Part shown: in pieces, positions 63,454-64,000 of the stretch
How positions within the stretch are numbered: the stretch's first letter is position 1
Layout: each line of letters starts with the position of its first letter
Source: Synechococcus sp.
GTDB taxonomy: Bacteria; Cyanobacteriota; Cyanobacteriia; PCC-6307; Cyanobiaceae
Direction: 5' to 3'
Length of the DNA: 64,000 bases
NCBI GenBank assembly: GCA_047285305.1
Contig: JBJBDL010000003.1
Span: 192,001 to 256,000 of the forward strand
Notes under the pieces: generated by a model
Databases searched by the model: none
Told to the model about the DNA's origin: nothing
Seen by the model: only the letters and a program-made list of their open reading frames with translations
Translations under genes and position numbers: made by a program

Positions 63454-63921
63454 TCAGCTCCGATCGGGCAGATCAGGCGTTTGATGCAACAGGCGATTCA
63501 GCCGCAGACGGTCCACATTCAAAGGGTCAGGAGCTAGCTCACCGGCCAATTCGCGGAACTTCTGCTCGATTTCGTCTGGGACGCGCACATCGAAGACCCT
63601 CTCCATCAACGCCTCGATCGAGAACAGATGGGCGTTGATGTTCTCCAGATCGGCAATGGCCTGCTGAATGGCATCTCCTGATTCCTCCGGCACAGGCGCA
63701 CCAGCAGTTGCGGGCTTTAAAGCGCCTGTATCGGCAGTTTGGCGGGCCCCATGCTGTTTCTGCAGATCCTCGAGCACCCGACCGGACAAGGTGCGGAATG
63801 ACTGGAGTGCAGCCCAGTTCAACTCTTGTTGCTGACGAAGCGTGGGGGACTCCCGGATCAGCCGGTCATGCTCCCGGTAAAACCGTTGGCAATCCGGGCA
63901 CTGGCAGGGCTCTTCCGGCAA
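63454..63921 (-). CDS. Conserved hypothetical protein with N-terminal CxCxxC motif
   Basis: PCQCPDCQRFY followed by predicted helical segments. TTG start. Confidence 0.7.
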   Translation of the reverse strand: MPEEPCQCPDCQRFYREHDRLIRESPTLRQQQELNWAALQSFRTLSGRVLEDLQKQHGARQTADTGALKPATAGAPVPEESGDAIQQAIADLENINAHLFSIEALMERVFDVRVPDEIEQKFRELAGELAPDPLNVDRLRLNRLLHQTPDLPDRS

Positions 63922-63958
63922 TGCAGTCCCTCGCGGTCAATCCCCACTATGCCACCGA

Positions 63959-64000
63959 TCAAGCCGCCTGAGGTCCCAGATCCTCCTCGGCCTGAGGGCC
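63959..64000 (-). CDS. Possible 3' end of a gene continuing beyond the window
   Basis: Frame is open to the window edge and ends GPQAEEDLGPQAA*. Confidence 0.3.
   Translation of the reverse strand, partial: GPQAEEDLGPQAA

Overview
GC-rich marine picocyanobacterial chromosome segment, most likely marine Synechococcus judging from gene content and order. It is mostly core genes: pgm/pmm, rdgB, hisB, fabI, phrA, folK, chlD, ndhCKJ, rubA-ycf48-psbEFLJ, hisS, galE, selD, cca, kdsABCD, pcrA, ho1, mtnN, icd, glcE/glcF, nhaS and glgP. The standout is a compact four-gene operon at 1744-6596 encoding a SABATH-type methyltransferase, an amino-acid dehydrogenase, a NikD-like flavoprotein oxidase and a BCCT transporter. 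Its enzyme logic fits lysine -> piperideine-2-carboxylate -> picolinate -> N-methylpicolinate (homarine), making it a candidate homarine biosynthesis system; this is an untested inference. Also present: a two-gene split photolyase, a deletion relic of a PPIase/ABC/HlyD type I secretion locus next to an intact GT4, a Kdo cluster with an embedded CDI-like glycosyltransferase, an AT-rich glycosylation island (~43.9-49.5 kb), and several pseudogenes. No rRNA, tRNA, CRISPR array or transposase was recognised. All calls come from motif recognition by eye; no database searches were run.
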